Assembly: GCA_963422685.1 (NCBI GenBank)
Contig: OY730442.1
Span: forward strand, 88,460-152,459
Source of the DNA: Arenicellales bacterium
Lineage (GTDB): Bacteria > Pseudomonadota > Gammaproteobacteria > Arenicellales > Poriferihabitantaceae
Length of the DNA: 64,000 nt
Reading direction: 5' to 3'
Part shown: positions 15,909-26,307 of the stretch, piece after piece
Layout: each line of letters starts with the position of its first letter
Numbering within the stretch: position 1 is the stretch's first letter
The notes under the pieces: model-generated
Seen by the model: only the letters and a program-made list of their open reading frames with translations
What the model was told of the DNA's origin: nothing
Databases searched by the model: none
Program-made: the position numbers and the translations under genes

Positions 15909-17471
15909 TTGAATACCATGACGATTATTAAACAGGAAGATTTGATCCGGAGTGTCGCCGATGCGCTGCAGTATATTTCATATTATCATTCCAAAGACTT
16001 TGTTCAGGCAATGCATCGGGCATACCTCAAGGAACAGTCTGAATCTGCGCGCAATGCCATCTCCCAGATACTGATCAATTCCAAAATGGCAGCAGAGGGC
16101 AGACGCCCCATTTGCCAGGATACCGGTATCGTGGTGATTTTTGTAAAAATTGGCATGAATGTATGCTGGGACGCCACGGCAACACTGAATGAAATGATTG
16201 ACGAAGGCGTCAGGCAGGCCTACCTTAATCCTGAAAATCCCTTGCGAGCATCTATTGTTTCCCCTCCCATTGGCCGCAGAGTCAATACCAAAGACAACAC
16301 TCCGGCAGTAGTCCATGTTGAAATGGTGGAAGGAGACAAAGTGGATATGATTGTCTCCGCCAAGGGAGGCGGGTCAGAGAGCAAGAGCAGGTTCAGCATT
16401 TTAAACCCGAGCGACAGCGTGGTGGATTGGGTATTGGCAACCCTGCCAACCATGGGCGCGGGCTGGTGTCCCCCGGGGATACTGGGCATCGGACTCGGCG
16501 GCAGCGCAGAAAAAGCTATGCTGCTGGCCAAGGAATCACTGATGGAGCCGATCGATATTCAGGATTTGATCGCCGCCGGGCCATCCAGCGTTATCGAAGA
16601 ATTGCGCATCGAACTGTACGAAAAAGTGAATGCACTGGGGATTGGCGCCCAGGGCCTGGGCGGGGTTACCACGGTTCTGGATGTAAAAGTAAAGGATTAT
16701 CCAACCCATGCGGTATCCCTGCCGGTGGCGATGATTCCGAACTGCGCGGCCACCCGCCACGTGCATTTTACGCTGGACGGATCCGGCCCTGCGGTATTGA
16801 CCCAGCCAGAATTATCGGCCTGGCCGGATATTAGCTGGGCGCCGGGTGATAACACCCTGTCCGTAAACCTGGACACCCTCACGAAAGACCAGATTCGCAC
16901 CTGGAAACCCGGCCAGACCATTTTACTTTCGGGCAAGCTGCTGACCGGCCGGGATGCGGCGCATAAACGTATTGCCGAATACTTCGAAGCCGGCAGGCCG
17001 TTACCGAATGGCGTTGATTTCCACAATCGATTTATCTACTACGTCGGCCCGGTCAATGCGGTGGGTGATGAAGCGGTGGGACCAGCCGGGCCAACCACCG
17101 CGACCAGAATGGATAAATTTACCGACATGATGCTCGAAAAAGCGGGCATATTCGGCATGATCGGTAAAGCAGAGCGCGGCACAGATACGGTGGAGAAAAT
17201 CAAAAAACACCGCTCGGTATACCTGATCGCGGTGGGCGGTGCGGCCTACCTGGTTTCAAAGGCGATAAAGTCCGCCCAAGTATTGGCATTCGCAGACCTG
17301 GGGATGGAAGCAATCTATGAATTTGAGGTGGAAGAAATGCCGGTCACCGTGGCGGTCGATAGCGAGGGTGAATCCGTTCATCATACCGCACCGGCCATTT
17401 GGAAAAAGAAACTGGCCGTTGCTGCACCCACCCTGGGCAGCGCATCCGCAGACCCTAGTAAAAAGTATTGA
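15909..17471 (+). CDS. fumA: class I (Fe-S) fumarate hydratase, fused alpha/beta type
   Basis: ICQDTGIVVIF and SAKGGGSE motifs. 520 aa. Confidence 0.9.
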   Translation: MNTMTIIKQEDLIRSVADALQYISYYHSKDFVQAMHRAYLKEQSESARNAISQILINSKMAAEGRRPICQDTGIVVIFVKIGMNVCWDATATLNEMIDEGVRQAYLNPENPLRASIVSPPIGRRVNTKDNTPAVVHVEMVEGDKVDMIVSAKGGGSESKSRFSILNPSDSVVDWVLATLPTMGAGWCPPGILGIGLGGSAEKAMLLAKESLMEPIDIQDLIAAGPSSVIEELRIELYEKVNALGIGAQGLGGVTTVLDVKVKDYPTHAVSLPVAMIPNCAATRHVHFTLDGSGPAVLTQPELSAWPDISWAPGDNTLSVNLDTLTKDQIRTWKPGQTILLSGKLLTGRDAAHKRIAEYFEAGRPLPNGVDFHNRFIYYVGPVNAVGDEAVGPAGPTTATRMDKFTDMMLEKAGIFGMIGKAERGTDTVEKIKKHRSVYLIAVGGAAYLVSKAIKSAQVLAFADLGMEAIYEFEVEEMPVTVAVDSEGESVHHTAPAIWKKKLAVAAPTLGSASADPSKKY

Positions 17472-19329
17472 GCATCCCCACCACCACGAAGATAAACATG
17501 ATGGTCATTATGCTGCCCGCCTTGATGAAATCGGCAACCTGATAGCCGCCAGGGCCCATTATCAACGCATTGACCTGATGGGTAGGAATCAGGAATGAAT
17601 TGGACGTGGACAACGCCACCGTCAAGGCGAAAACCGCCGGATTTGCGCCCGCACCGATGGCGATGTTGATTGCTAAAGGCACCAGCAATACGGTTGCGCC
17701 GACGTTTGAAATGATCAGGGTAAATAATGTGGCGAGTATGGCCAAAGCCGTTTGCAGCACCCAAATGGGCACGCCATCCAGATAAAACAATACCTGATGC
17801 GCAACCCAGGCGGCGGTTCCGCTGTTTTCAACCGCAATCCCGAGCGGGATTAAACTGGCGAGCAAAAATACGCTCTGCCAACCGATTGCCCGGTACGCTT
17901 CGTCAATCTTGATAACGCCGGTCAAAATCATCCCCACCGCACCGGTCATCAATGCAACAGACAATCGGACATCGGTGAAAATTATCAGGAAAAGTGTCAG
18001 CGCAAACAAGGCTGCTGCAAATTTCAACTTTTCCGGGCGTTCATCTTCCCTGGGGAAGTCGGTTACCACCACATAATCATGTCTGTCATCGGCAATTGAG
18101 GCGAGATTGGCCCAGTTAATATGGATGACCAACGTATCACCTGACTGAAGCACCAGGTCCGGGATGCCTGAATCAATGACATCATCCGCACGGAAAACGG
18201 AAAGAACGGTGGCGTCATGCCGTCTTCTCAATTCTATTTCCCGCAGCGATTTTCCAATCAGGGAGGAATCCGGCGGTATGACGACTTCGGCAATACCCGC
18301 ACTGCTTGAGCTTAAAATCTCCGCAAATACGTCCATTTCATTCTTCACCTGCAGCGCATATTCCCGGGCAAATTCATACACCGCTTCCCGTCGGCCCATA
18401 ATGGCCATTTCGCTTCCATCCCAAAACTCGGTATCACCGCGCGGCGCGACCACCAATTCATGGCTGTTTCTTATCGCTACAATCCAGCCTGCCCGACCCG
18501 CCGCGTCAATCTCCGAGAGTGTTTTACCTATGAGCGGGCTTTCCCTGGTGACGATACACTCGTATACCTCGCCCTCAATGCCGTAAACTTCTTTGAAATA
18601 TTTCAACATATTGCCCGATTCGCCCGGTTTATCCTTGATCACAGGCAGGACAAACCGGCCAAGAAATACGAAGTAGCAAACACCCGAAAACAGCAGTGCG
18701 AGTCCGATGGGAGTGACCGAGAACATGCCAAATTGTTCGATTGCAGGGAATTTTCCCGCCATGGCCTGATTGGAATGTGCGATTAAATCATTCAGCAGTA
18801 TCAACGGGCTTGAACCCACCAGGGTTATGGTACCGCCCAAAATCGCGCAAAACCCCATGGGCATGAGCAATCGCGAAATTGCCAGATTACCGCGTCGGGC
18901 AATCCGATTGACCACAGGCAAAAACAACGCCGCAGCGCCAATATTTTGCAGGAAACTGGAAATCAGGCCGACCGCACCGGAAAGAAACATAATCACGCGA
19001 CCTTCCGTATTGCCGCCAATTTTCAGAATTTTACTCGCAAGCTGCCCCATGACACCGGTTCGGTCCAGACCGGCACCGATTATCATAACCGCTATAATCG
19101 AAATTACCGCATTACTGGAATAACCACTGAATAATTGATCCGGCGAAACCAAGCCATCATATCCGGGCAGCAAAGCAGTCAGGCCAATTAGCACCATCAC
19201 CACTACGGCGGCCACGTCAATCCTGACAATTTCAAAGGCGAACAGGCAGATAGCCAGCAGCAGCAAGGCCATTACCATGCCCATCTCGGCAGTAAGCTGC
19301 AGCGTTTCGGTCACACAAAATCTCCACAA
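17455..19329 (-). CDS. SLC13/DASS family permease with two internal TrkA-C domains
   Basis: 624 aa and polytopic. The central region has two TrkA_C-like repeats (GKTLSEIDA...; GKSLREIEL...). Confidence 0.85.
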   Translation of the reverse strand: MWRFCVTETLQLTAEMGMVMALLLLAICLFAFEIVRIDVAAVVVMVLIGLTALLPGYDGLVSPDQLFSGYSSNAVISIIAVMIIGAGLDRTGVMGQLASKILKIGGNTEGRVIMFLSGAVGLISSFLQNIGAAALFLPVVNRIARRGNLAISRLLMPMGFCAILGGTITLVGSSPLILLNDLIAHSNQAMAGKFPAIEQFGMFSVTPIGLALLFSGVCYFVFLGRFVLPVIKDKPGESGNMLKYFKEVYGIEGEVYECIVTRESPLIGKTLSEIDAAGRAGWIVAIRNSHELVVAPRGDTEFWDGSEMAIMGRREAVYEFAREYALQVKNEMDVFAEILSSSSAGIAEVVIPPDSSLIGKSLREIELRRRHDATVLSVFRADDVIDSGIPDLVLQSGDTLVIHINWANLASIADDRHDYVVVTDFPREDERPEKLKFAAALFALTLFLIIFTDVRLSVALMTGAVGMILTGVIKIDEAYRAIGWQSVFLLASLIPLGIAVENSGTAAWVAHQVLFYLDGVPIWVLQTALAILATLFTLIISNVGATVLLVPLAINIAIGAGANPAVFALTVALSTSNSFLIPTHQVNALIMGPGGYQVADFIKAGSIMTIMFIFVVVGMLNTFY

Positions 19330-19586
19330 TCAACAAAGACACAAATCCGGGAAATCAGGGCAGCGCCGATCACAGGCGGCTCCTCCCGGCAATCACAACC
19401 GGTCCATTTCATAGCATAATCTATTGCATTAGAAATTATGTATATCCTTATGATATAAATGATTTTTATTGTTCCAATCCAGCACAGTCTGAATCGGATT
19501 TGCAACCGATTCTATCATCATCCGAATACACTGTCAGAGTATCAATAACATTTATACTGGCGGCAAAGTCATCATACAATCCGGTG

Positions 19587-20510
19587 ATGCAGACCACTAT
19601 CGACGATTCCATCGCGAACCCTAACGCATTCAGAAATATTCCCCTGGTATTGTTAATTTTATTATTCCGGGGAATGGGCTTTTTGCCCCTGCCGGTGATT
19701 TATATTTTCGGAGTCGGCTGCGGTGAAATTTTATACTGGACATACGGGGCCCGGCGAAGGATCACCCTGACCAATCTGACCGCCTGCTTCCCAAATTACA
19801 CGCCTGGTCAAATACGACGGCTTGCACGGCGTCATTTTCACGCGATGATTACCGGGATGCTGGTCATGTCCGTGGCATGGTGGGCCTCTTCCAGGCGACT
19901 TGAACGGCTCGTTGTATTTCGCAACAAAGTCGTGCTGGATAATCTGCTGGAAACCAGACAGAACGTGATTCTTCTGGCGCCGCACTTCATTGGCCTGGAA
20001 TTTTTTGGTATCTACCTGTCCAGTTGGCTGAATCTGACCGGCATGTATCAAAAGCATAAAAATCCGTTCCTGGATAATTTTATTTTGCGCGGACGCGCCC
20101 GGTTTGGCCTGCGGCTTTATCACTATAAAAACACATTGATCAGTCTGATCCGGTCCATCCGCAATGGCATCCCTTTTTATTACCTTCCCGACCAGGACCC
20201 CGGTCAGGGAAAAGGCGTATTCGCCCTGTTTTATAACGTTAAAACCGCGACCTACCCGGCGTTGAGTAAAATCTCACGATTGGGCAATGCCCGAGTGGTA
20301 CCGTGTATGGCAAGATTAAGGAAATTCGGGTATGGATTCGAAATTATTTTTGATCAACCTTTGGGCGATTATCCGACTGGCGATGACGTCAAGGATGCGA
20401 CCACGATGAACAAAGCCATCGAAAGGCTCATAAGTCATGCACCAGAGCAGTATTTCTGGTCGCATAAACGCTTTAAGACACGCCCGCCAGGAGAGCAGCC
20501 TTTTTACTAG
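19587..20510 (+). CDS. lpxL: lipid A biosynthesis lauroyl/myristoyl acyltransferase
   Basis: RRRITLTNLTACFP and the acyltransferase HX4E motif APHFIGLE. Start taken at ATG 19587 (MQTTIDD...). Confidence 0.8.
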   Translation: MQTTIDDSIANPNAFRNIPLVLLILLFRGMGFLPLPVIYIFGVGCGEILYWTYGARRRITLTNLTACFPNYTPGQIRRLARRHFHAMITGMLVMSVAWWASSRRLERLVVFRNKVVLDNLLETRQNVILLAPHFIGLEFFGIYLSSWLNLTGMYQKHKNPFLDNFILRGRARFGLRLYHYKNTLISLIRSIRNGIPFYYLPDQDPGQGKGVFALFYNVKTATYPALSKISRLGNARVVPCMARLRKFGYGFEIIFDQPLGDYPTGDDVKDATTMNKAIERLISHAPEQYFWSHKRFKTRPPGEQPFY

Positions 20511-20812
20511 ATTCTGGTTTCCCCCGGCATAGTCCTGAATCCCATATCCCGAAACCGGGATTTCGGCAGCATAAAACAATCTGGTTCCGCCTGCCGCGAC
20601 CAGCACGATACGCTGCTTTCTCAAAAATCCGGTTTTTCATCTTGTACCTGGATATTTCCAGCGTATATTCTCCGCCAATGAGCATCCTCCCGGGCAGAAG
20701 ATCTGCATGACGAATACTGATAATTTTGAATTATCATCGCAGGTCGCCCGGCGCTGGGTCGCTGTCTACCACTTCAATATTCCAATTTGCCTCGGCGTGT
20801 TGACAGCGGCTG

Positions 20813-21107
20813 TCATACCGGTTCCGAAAGGAGATAAAAGCCGGACTGGTTTGGATTTGCCGCCCTCATAGTGGCGTGTATTGCAACACATCCTGGCCCG
20901 GATTCAGCGCATCCTGGATTATTGGACTGCATGCCCGTTATACACAAATCAATCATTCGCTGCTGGCAGCAAACATTGCCCCTTTTAACGAACTCCTGCG
21001 CTACCCGTGGGAAAAAATGGCCAATTAACGATTTGGCCGGATTATCTGCATGGCAAACCGAAGTGGGAAAGCAGGCGACCGTGACTGCCGGTAACAACGG
21101 TTTCATG
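20813..21107 (-). CDS. possible small secreted cysteine-containing protein
   Basis: An internal Met of ORF 20813..21304 gives MKPLLPAVTVACFPTSVCHA followed by 78 aa. I recognise no homology. Confidence 0.25.
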
Positions 21108-21197
21108 ATTTCTGGTGATTCTCGTGTGTTATCTGTGCAGGAATCGCTGGTCTCAAAACGACGATAACACTGACCATTTGAGATGATTTTATAAACT

Positions 21198-22088
21198 ATG
21201 AGCAGACTCCCTTTGGCCGTGACGCAACCTGAAAACACTTCCATCGGCATTGTCTGTATGTTACTGACGATGCTGTTCTTTGTGATCCTGGACGTGGCGG
21301 CCAAATACCTGATGCAGCACTACAGCATCGTTCAGGTTCTCTGGGGCAGGTTTTTCTTTCACATCCTGTTTGTACTGGTTTATATCTGCGCAAGCCGTCC
21401 TGCGGACCTGATCAGCCAGCGACTGCCGCTGCAAATCTCACGCTCCATACTCATGCTGACAACAACCGCGTTATTCTTCGTCGGCATCAGCACCATTCAA
21501 TTGGCAACGGCGTCCACCATCATGTTTCTGACGCCCATCCTGGTCACCGTGCTAGCCATCCCGCTTTTGGGCGAAACGGTCAGGGTCAGGCGGTGGGTCG
21601 GCGTGTTAGCGGGATTTTCTGGTGCGCTGACTGTGGTCAGACCAGGTATTGATCAGATTGAAGCGGGTATTGTATTTCTCCTGGCCGCTGCATTGTCGAA
21701 TTCTTTTTACCAGATCAACACCCGGCAAATACGCACCCACGACAATCCGATGACTTCGCTGTTGTATACGGGGTTAACAGGCGCCATTGTCACCTCCTGT
21801 CTGGTGCCGTTTAACTGGCAGTGGCCAGATTTGGAACACTGGCTGATATTTATTATGCTCGGAATAACCGGAAGCATCAGCCATCTTTGTCTGATCCGGG
21901 CCTTTCGCGTTGCTCCGGCCTCCATCGTTGCGCCTTTCGGCTATACCAGTTTGATCTGGTCGGTGGGTTTCGGCTTCATCATTTTTGACGACCTGCCTGA
22001 TCGCTGGACGATTATCGGCGCAGTCATCATCATTTCAAGCGGGCTGTATATTTATCACCGCGAACAGAAAACGGCACAATCAGCCTGA
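21198..22088 (+). CDS. EamA/DMT family transporter
   Basis: 296 aa, about 10 TM segments with a duplicated EamA-like architecture. Confidence 0.8.
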   Translation: MSRLPLAVTQPENTSIGIVCMLLTMLFFVILDVAAKYLMQHYSIVQVLWGRFFFHILFVLVYICASRPADLISQRLPLQISRSILMLTTTALFFVGISTIQLATASTIMFLTPILVTVLAIPLLGETVRVRRWVGVLAGFSGALTVVRPGIDQIEAGIVFLLAAALSNSFYQINTRQIRTHDNPMTSLLYTGLTGAIVTSCLVPFNWQWPDLEHWLIFIMLGITGSISHLCLIRAFRVAPASIVAPFGYTSLIWSVGFGFIIFDDLPDRWTIIGAVIIISSGLYIYHREQKTAQSA

Positions 22089-22108
22089 AGCGCAGCAGGA
22101 TCGCACCG

Positions 22109-22137
22109 GGTGGAACCGCAATCACCGCGGCTCCACC
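22109..22137. terminator. hairpin between convergent EamA and catalase genes
   Basis: GGTGGAACCGC-aatcacc-GCGGCTCCACC, 10 of 11 paired. No clear U-tract. Confidence 0.3.
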
Positions 22138-22152
22138 GCCGCCAAAGCCCGC

Positions 22153-23625
22153 TTATCTAACCAGCTCCAAATTGACCAAAGCCCGGTTCACGCGATCGCC
22201 GTAATCCTGGTCTACCATTTTGAATAAATCGACCATGCGTTGTTGGACGGATTGCTCAGCATGAACCAGGGCGCCGGCAATATTTCCAACTAACTGTCGT
22301 TTCTGCGTTTCGTCCATAATGGCGTAGAGTGCGCCAGCCTGTGAATAGTGATCTTCATTTGAAGTATCATAACCTTTGACCCAGACTTCGCCTGATAGTG
22401 GTATCGGCGGCTCGGCCACTTGCGCGGTCGGAGCTGGTGCGCCTTTATCTTTCTGATCGTTAGGGTAAAAATTCACACCAGCGCCCTGGTTGTTGTCATC
22501 ACCATAAGGACATTTCATTCCAGCCATGGCGCCATCGCGCTGATAATGATGCACCGGGCAGCGCGGCGCATTCACCGGAAGCTGGTTGACATTGGCGCCA
22601 ATACGATAGCGATGCGCATCCTGATAGGCCAGCAATCTGGCTTGCAGCATTTTGTCCGGGGATGCACCAATCCCTGGTACCAGATTACTGGGGGCAAATG
22701 CAGCCTGCTCGGTTTCAGCAAAGTAATTTTCCACATTACGATTCAACTCAAGCTGGCCAATTTCGATCAGAGGGAAATCTGCATGGGGCCAGACTTTGGT
22801 CAAATCGAAGGGATTAATATGATAATCCTGCGCTTCCTGCCCGGTCATAATTTGCAGCTTCACCGTCCAGGCCGGGAAATCACGGTTATCGATGGCATTA
22901 ACTAAATCCTGTTGTGCGCCAAATGCCGGCATGGTGCTGGCTTCTTGGTCGGTGAGATTTTTGATGCCCTGATTGGTTTTCAAATGCCATTTCACCCAGA
23001 ATCGTTCTGCCCTGGCGTTCCAGAAACTCAGGGTATGCGAACCGAATCCGTGCATGTGCCGATACGAACAGGCAATGCCGCGGTCGGACATGAGTATCAT
23101 CATCTGATGCAGGGACTGGGGATGATTGGCCCAGAATTCAAACATCGCTGCCGGATTGGGCAAATTGGTGCGGGGATCTTTCTTCTGGGAATGAATAAAG
23201 TCCGGGAACTTGCCGGGGTCGCTCAGAAAAAATACCGGGGTATTGTTGCCAACCAGGTCAAAATTACCTTGTTCGGTGTAGAATTTTACCGCGAAACCCC
23301 TTGGATCCCGCGCATAATCGCTGGAATCCTGACCACCGCCCACTGTGGAGAAGCGAACGAATACTTCGGTTTGCTGGCCCTCCTGCTGGAGAAAGCTGGC
23401 GATACTGTATTGGCTCAGCGATCGGGTCAGGGTAAACCGGCCATAGGCGCCGGACCCCCGGGCATGCACCACCCGTTCTGGAATGCGTTCGCGGTTAAAG
23501 TGCGCGAGCTTTTCGAACATTCTGAAATTGTCGAAGGTCAGTGGTCCTCGCTCACCGGCCGAAATGCTGTTGTTATCATCTGCTACCGGTGCGCCCGCTG
23601 AAGTGGTTAATCTGGTGTAGGTCAT
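22153..23625 (-). CDS. katA: monofunctional heme catalase
   Basis: FDNFRMFEKLAHFNRERIPERVVHARGSGAYG and downstream catalase core. Start at ATG 23625 (MTYTRLTTSAGAPV). Confidence 0.95.
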   Translation of the reverse strand: MTYTRLTTSAGAPVADDNNSISAGERGPLTFDNFRMFEKLAHFNRERIPERVVHARGSGAYGRFTLTRSLSQYSIASFLQQEGQQTEVFVRFSTVGGGQDSSDYARDPRGFAVKFYTEQGNFDLVGNNTPVFFLSDPGKFPDFIHSQKKDPRTNLPNPAAMFEFWANHPQSLHQMMILMSDRGIACSYRHMHGFGSHTLSFWNARAERFWVKWHLKTNQGIKNLTDQEASTMPAFGAQQDLVNAIDNRDFPAWTVKLQIMTGQEAQDYHINPFDLTKVWPHADFPLIEIGQLELNRNVENYFAETEQAAFAPSNLVPGIGASPDKMLQARLLAYQDAHRYRIGANVNQLPVNAPRCPVHHYQRDGAMAGMKCPYGDDNNQGAGVNFYPNDQKDKGAPAPTAQVAEPPIPLSGEVWVKGYDTSNEDHYSQAGALYAIMDETQKRQLVGNIAGALVHAEQSVQQRMVDLFKMVDQDYGDRVNRALVNLELVR

Positions 23626-23827
23626 AATGTGTGTCCTCAAATTGATTAAAATAAGACTTTCGTCTGGCTCGCGGTGCAGTCTATCCAAACCCTGATAATT
23701 AATATATTTGATTATTTATATTATTTTAATAGTATTTATCTATCAAAAATTCCGGGGACGTTCATGCAACCTCCGCCAGGCTTTCAAGTCATTCGGTACT
23801 GCCATCAATGTTCGGGGGAAAGCCGAT

Positions 23828-24271
23828 ATGGAAAAACTTCAATCCTTGCAACGCCGCCGTTTTGCGATAACCGCGCTACTGGCTGGAACACTACTGCTAT
23901 CCGCAGCCCGGGCCGCAGTGGTTGATGTCACAGAAATCGTCGGAAAATCCATGGCACAAGTCCAGCAAATACTGGGTTCGCCATTGCAATGTAAAAAATC
24001 CTTCCAAGGGCTGTCCTGTGATTATGCACTCGCCGAAATTGAAGTGATCTTCATCGATGAAAAAGCAGACTGGATAACCTTTGGCGGCTTTCAGCAGGTT
24101 GAGTTTGATTACCGGGTTTTAGAGAAAATCGGTTTAATAGCCGTCCCGCCCCTGGTGCACAACCCGTTCCGGATGCACTGGCAAAATCACCAGGGGTTGG
24201 CGGTAATTTCGGTTTATGGCAGCGGTCGGTGGGTAACGTTCGTCCAGGTCAGAGCATTCACGCCGCAATAA
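23828..24271 (+). CDS. hypothetical exported protein (Tat-like signal)
   Basis: MEKLQSLQRRRFAITALLAGTLLLSAARA has a twin-arginine-like signal. No recognised domain. Confidence 0.5.
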   Translation: MEKLQSLQRRRFAITALLAGTLLLSAARAAVVDVTEIVGKSMAQVQQILGSPLQCKKSFQGLSCDYALAEIEVIFIDEKADWITFGGFQQVEFDYRVLEKIGLIAVPPLVHNPFRMHWQNHQGLAVISVYGSGRWVTFVQVRAFTPQ

Positions 24272-24457
24272 AATATTATCCTTGCTGCCGGGGAAAACCG
24301 GGCACTCCCGATGGGCATGACTGCGCCATGGACGCCGTATTGACCACATTAAAATCCTGGTCGCCGAATGCACAACGGGTTCTGGAATATGCGCTGGCAA
24401 AAAATAACCGGTTCAACCCACCCAATCCCGCAAGCAGAAAAAAAGCAACAGAAAAAT

Positions 24458-26029
24458 TCACAGCCCGGCGCTGCGGGCATTCATCCAGCTTTGCAGCCGC
24501 TCGCCGATGTCCGCCGGTGCGCCCAGGCCTTTTTTGGTGCGGCGCCAGAGCACGTCCCCGGCGGTTTCGGCCCATTCGTATTTCATCAGATAATCCACCT
24601 CGCAGCCGAACAGCCCCGCACCAAAAGATTCCCCTAGATCTTCCATAGCTGTGCAATTGCCCAGCAGCCGCCCGATTTCACTGCCATAGTTGCGCACATA
24701 ATGGTCCAGCAAGCCGTGATCAAGCCAGTCATAGGTTTGCCTGCATGACAACAGAAATTTCCCATAGTCGCTGTACGCTATATCACCACCTGGCAGGGCG
24801 GCCCGGGCAGTCCAGTGGCCGGCCCTGAAGCCCAGGGATCTTTTCAGCATGTCCACCACTTGTTCCGAGAGTTTTCGATAAGTGGTTATCTTGCCGCCAA
24901 ATACGGAGACAATGGGCGGGCCTTCCTCATCCAGTTGCAAGACATAGTCCCGGGTCACCTTGCTGGCATTTTTTGCACGATCGTCGAACAGGGGGCGCAC
25001 GCCGGAATAACTCCAGACCACATCTTCGGGCTTGACCGGGGTGTGAAAATAATGATTGATCGCGTCGCAGAGATAGGCGATTTCAGATTCATCGATTTTT
25101 ACCTCATCCGGGTCGCTGTTAATTTCCACCTCAGTTGTACCGAGCAGGGTAAAGTCGCGCTCATAGGGAATTGCAAACACCACCCGGTTATCGGCATTCT
25201 GGAATATATAGGGAAAAGGGTGATCGAATATTTTAGGTACGATGATATGGCTACCCTTAACCAGGCGGACACCGTTGTCGGAATCCACCGTATCATCGAA
25301 ACGCAGGGTTTTTTCGACCCAAGGGCCGGTTGCATTGACCACGGCACGGGCGCGCAGATTGTAAACGCCGCCGTCTCTGGCATCGTCAAGTTTGACTCGC
25401 CAGTGATCGCCGTTGCGCCGCAATGCGGTGCATTGGGTTCGCGTCAGTATTTTCGCGCCGCGCGCTTGCGCATCACGCGCGTTCAGCACCACCAGACGCG
25501 AATCCTGCACCCAGCAGTCCGAATATTCAAAACCCCGGGTGAATTCAGCCTGGAGCGGCCGGCCGGCCGCATGTCTGGTTAAATCAACGCCCCGGGAAGG
25601 CGGTAACAGCTTGCGCCCGCCGATATGATCGTACAGAAACAGCCCCAGCCGCACCAACCAGCGTGGACGCAAAGCCTCGTGGTGCGGCAGTATAAAACGC
25701 AGCGGCCAGATAATATGCGGCGCGCTTTTCAGCAGAATTTCGCGCTCCTTCAACCCGTGTCGAACCAATAGAAAGTCGTAATGTTCGAGGTAACGCAGTC
25801 CGCCGTGAATCAGCTTGGTACTCGAAGACGAAGTATGCTGCGCCAGATCATCCTGCTCGCAAAGCACCACGTCCAGTCCCCGGCCCGCGGCATCCCGGGC
25901 GATGCCGACACCGTTAATGCCGCCGCCTATTATCAGCAGGTCCGTGGTTCCCTGATCCCCGGTTCCATTGCTTTGCATCGCTGCCGGCGCCGAAATATCG
26001 TATCTTCCCGAATCCCTGCTCAGACCCAT
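24458..26029 (-). CDS. glpD: aerobic glycerol-3-phosphate dehydrogenase
   Basis: FAD fold DLLIIGGGINGVGIARDAAGRGL. 523 aa. The true start may be the internal Met at 25978. Confidence 0.9.
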   Translation of the reverse strand: MGLSRDSGRYDISAPAAMQSNGTGDQGTTDLLIIGGGINGVGIARDAAGRGLDVVLCEQDDLAQHTSSSSTKLIHGGLRYLEHYDFLLVRHGLKEREILLKSAPHIIWPLRFILPHHEALRPRWLVRLGLFLYDHIGGRKLLPPSRGVDLTRHAAGRPLQAEFTRGFEYSDCWVQDSRLVVLNARDAQARGAKILTRTQCTALRRNGDHWRVKLDDARDGGVYNLRARAVVNATGPWVEKTLRFDDTVDSDNGVRLVKGSHIIVPKIFDHPFPYIFQNADNRVVFAIPYERDFTLLGTTEVEINSDPDEVKIDESEIAYLCDAINHYFHTPVKPEDVVWSYSGVRPLFDDRAKNASKVTRDYVLQLDEEGPPIVSVFGGKITTYRKLSEQVVDMLKRSLGFRAGHWTARAALPGGDIAYSDYGKFLLSCRQTYDWLDHGLLDHYVRNYGSEIGRLLGNCTAMEDLGESFGAGLFGCEVDYLMKYEWAETAGDVLWRRTKKGLGAPADIGERLQSWMNARSAGL

Positions 26030-26307
26030 TTAAACACGCAAAACCCCCAGATTGCTGAAATAACTAACCCGCCCCATAAAGGTGTGCCGAATGCCCATAA
26101 CCAGCCCATAAATATGAAAGCGCTTCCAACCAGGGTAATAAACAGGCGATCGCCGCGCGTTGTATCCAGCCCGAAAACGCCGCGCCGTGGATTGCCGCCC
26201 GGACTGTATTTTTCCCACAGGCCCATGCTCACCAGACAGGCCAGAATGAACAGGAAAAACGCGGCGGTGGGCCAGGTCCAGGCCATCCAGGAGAAATCCA
26301 TGATCAA
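26020..26307 (-). CDS. DUF2160 small membrane protein (accessory to glycerol-type ABC transporters)
   Basis: MAWTWPTAAFF...TTRGDRLFITL matches my recollection of DUF2160. It overlaps the upstream permease gene by 4 nt. Confidence 0.7.
   Translation of the reverse strand: MIMDFSWMAWTWPTAAFFLFILACLVSMGLWEKYSPGGNPRRGVFGLDTTRGDRLFITLVGSAFIFMGWLWAFGTPLWGGLVISAIWGFCVFKWV

Noticed and set aside
22420-23601. 161-aa and 229-aa ORFs on the + strand
   Set aside because: They are antisense to the catalase gene, whose identity is unambiguous.
23690-23760. AT-rich GATAAT-containing tract between catalase and the divergent gene as a Fur/PerR box
   Set aside because: The best hand alignment to the 19-bp Fur consensus was only 11 of 19. 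It is probably a generic AT-rich divergent promoter.
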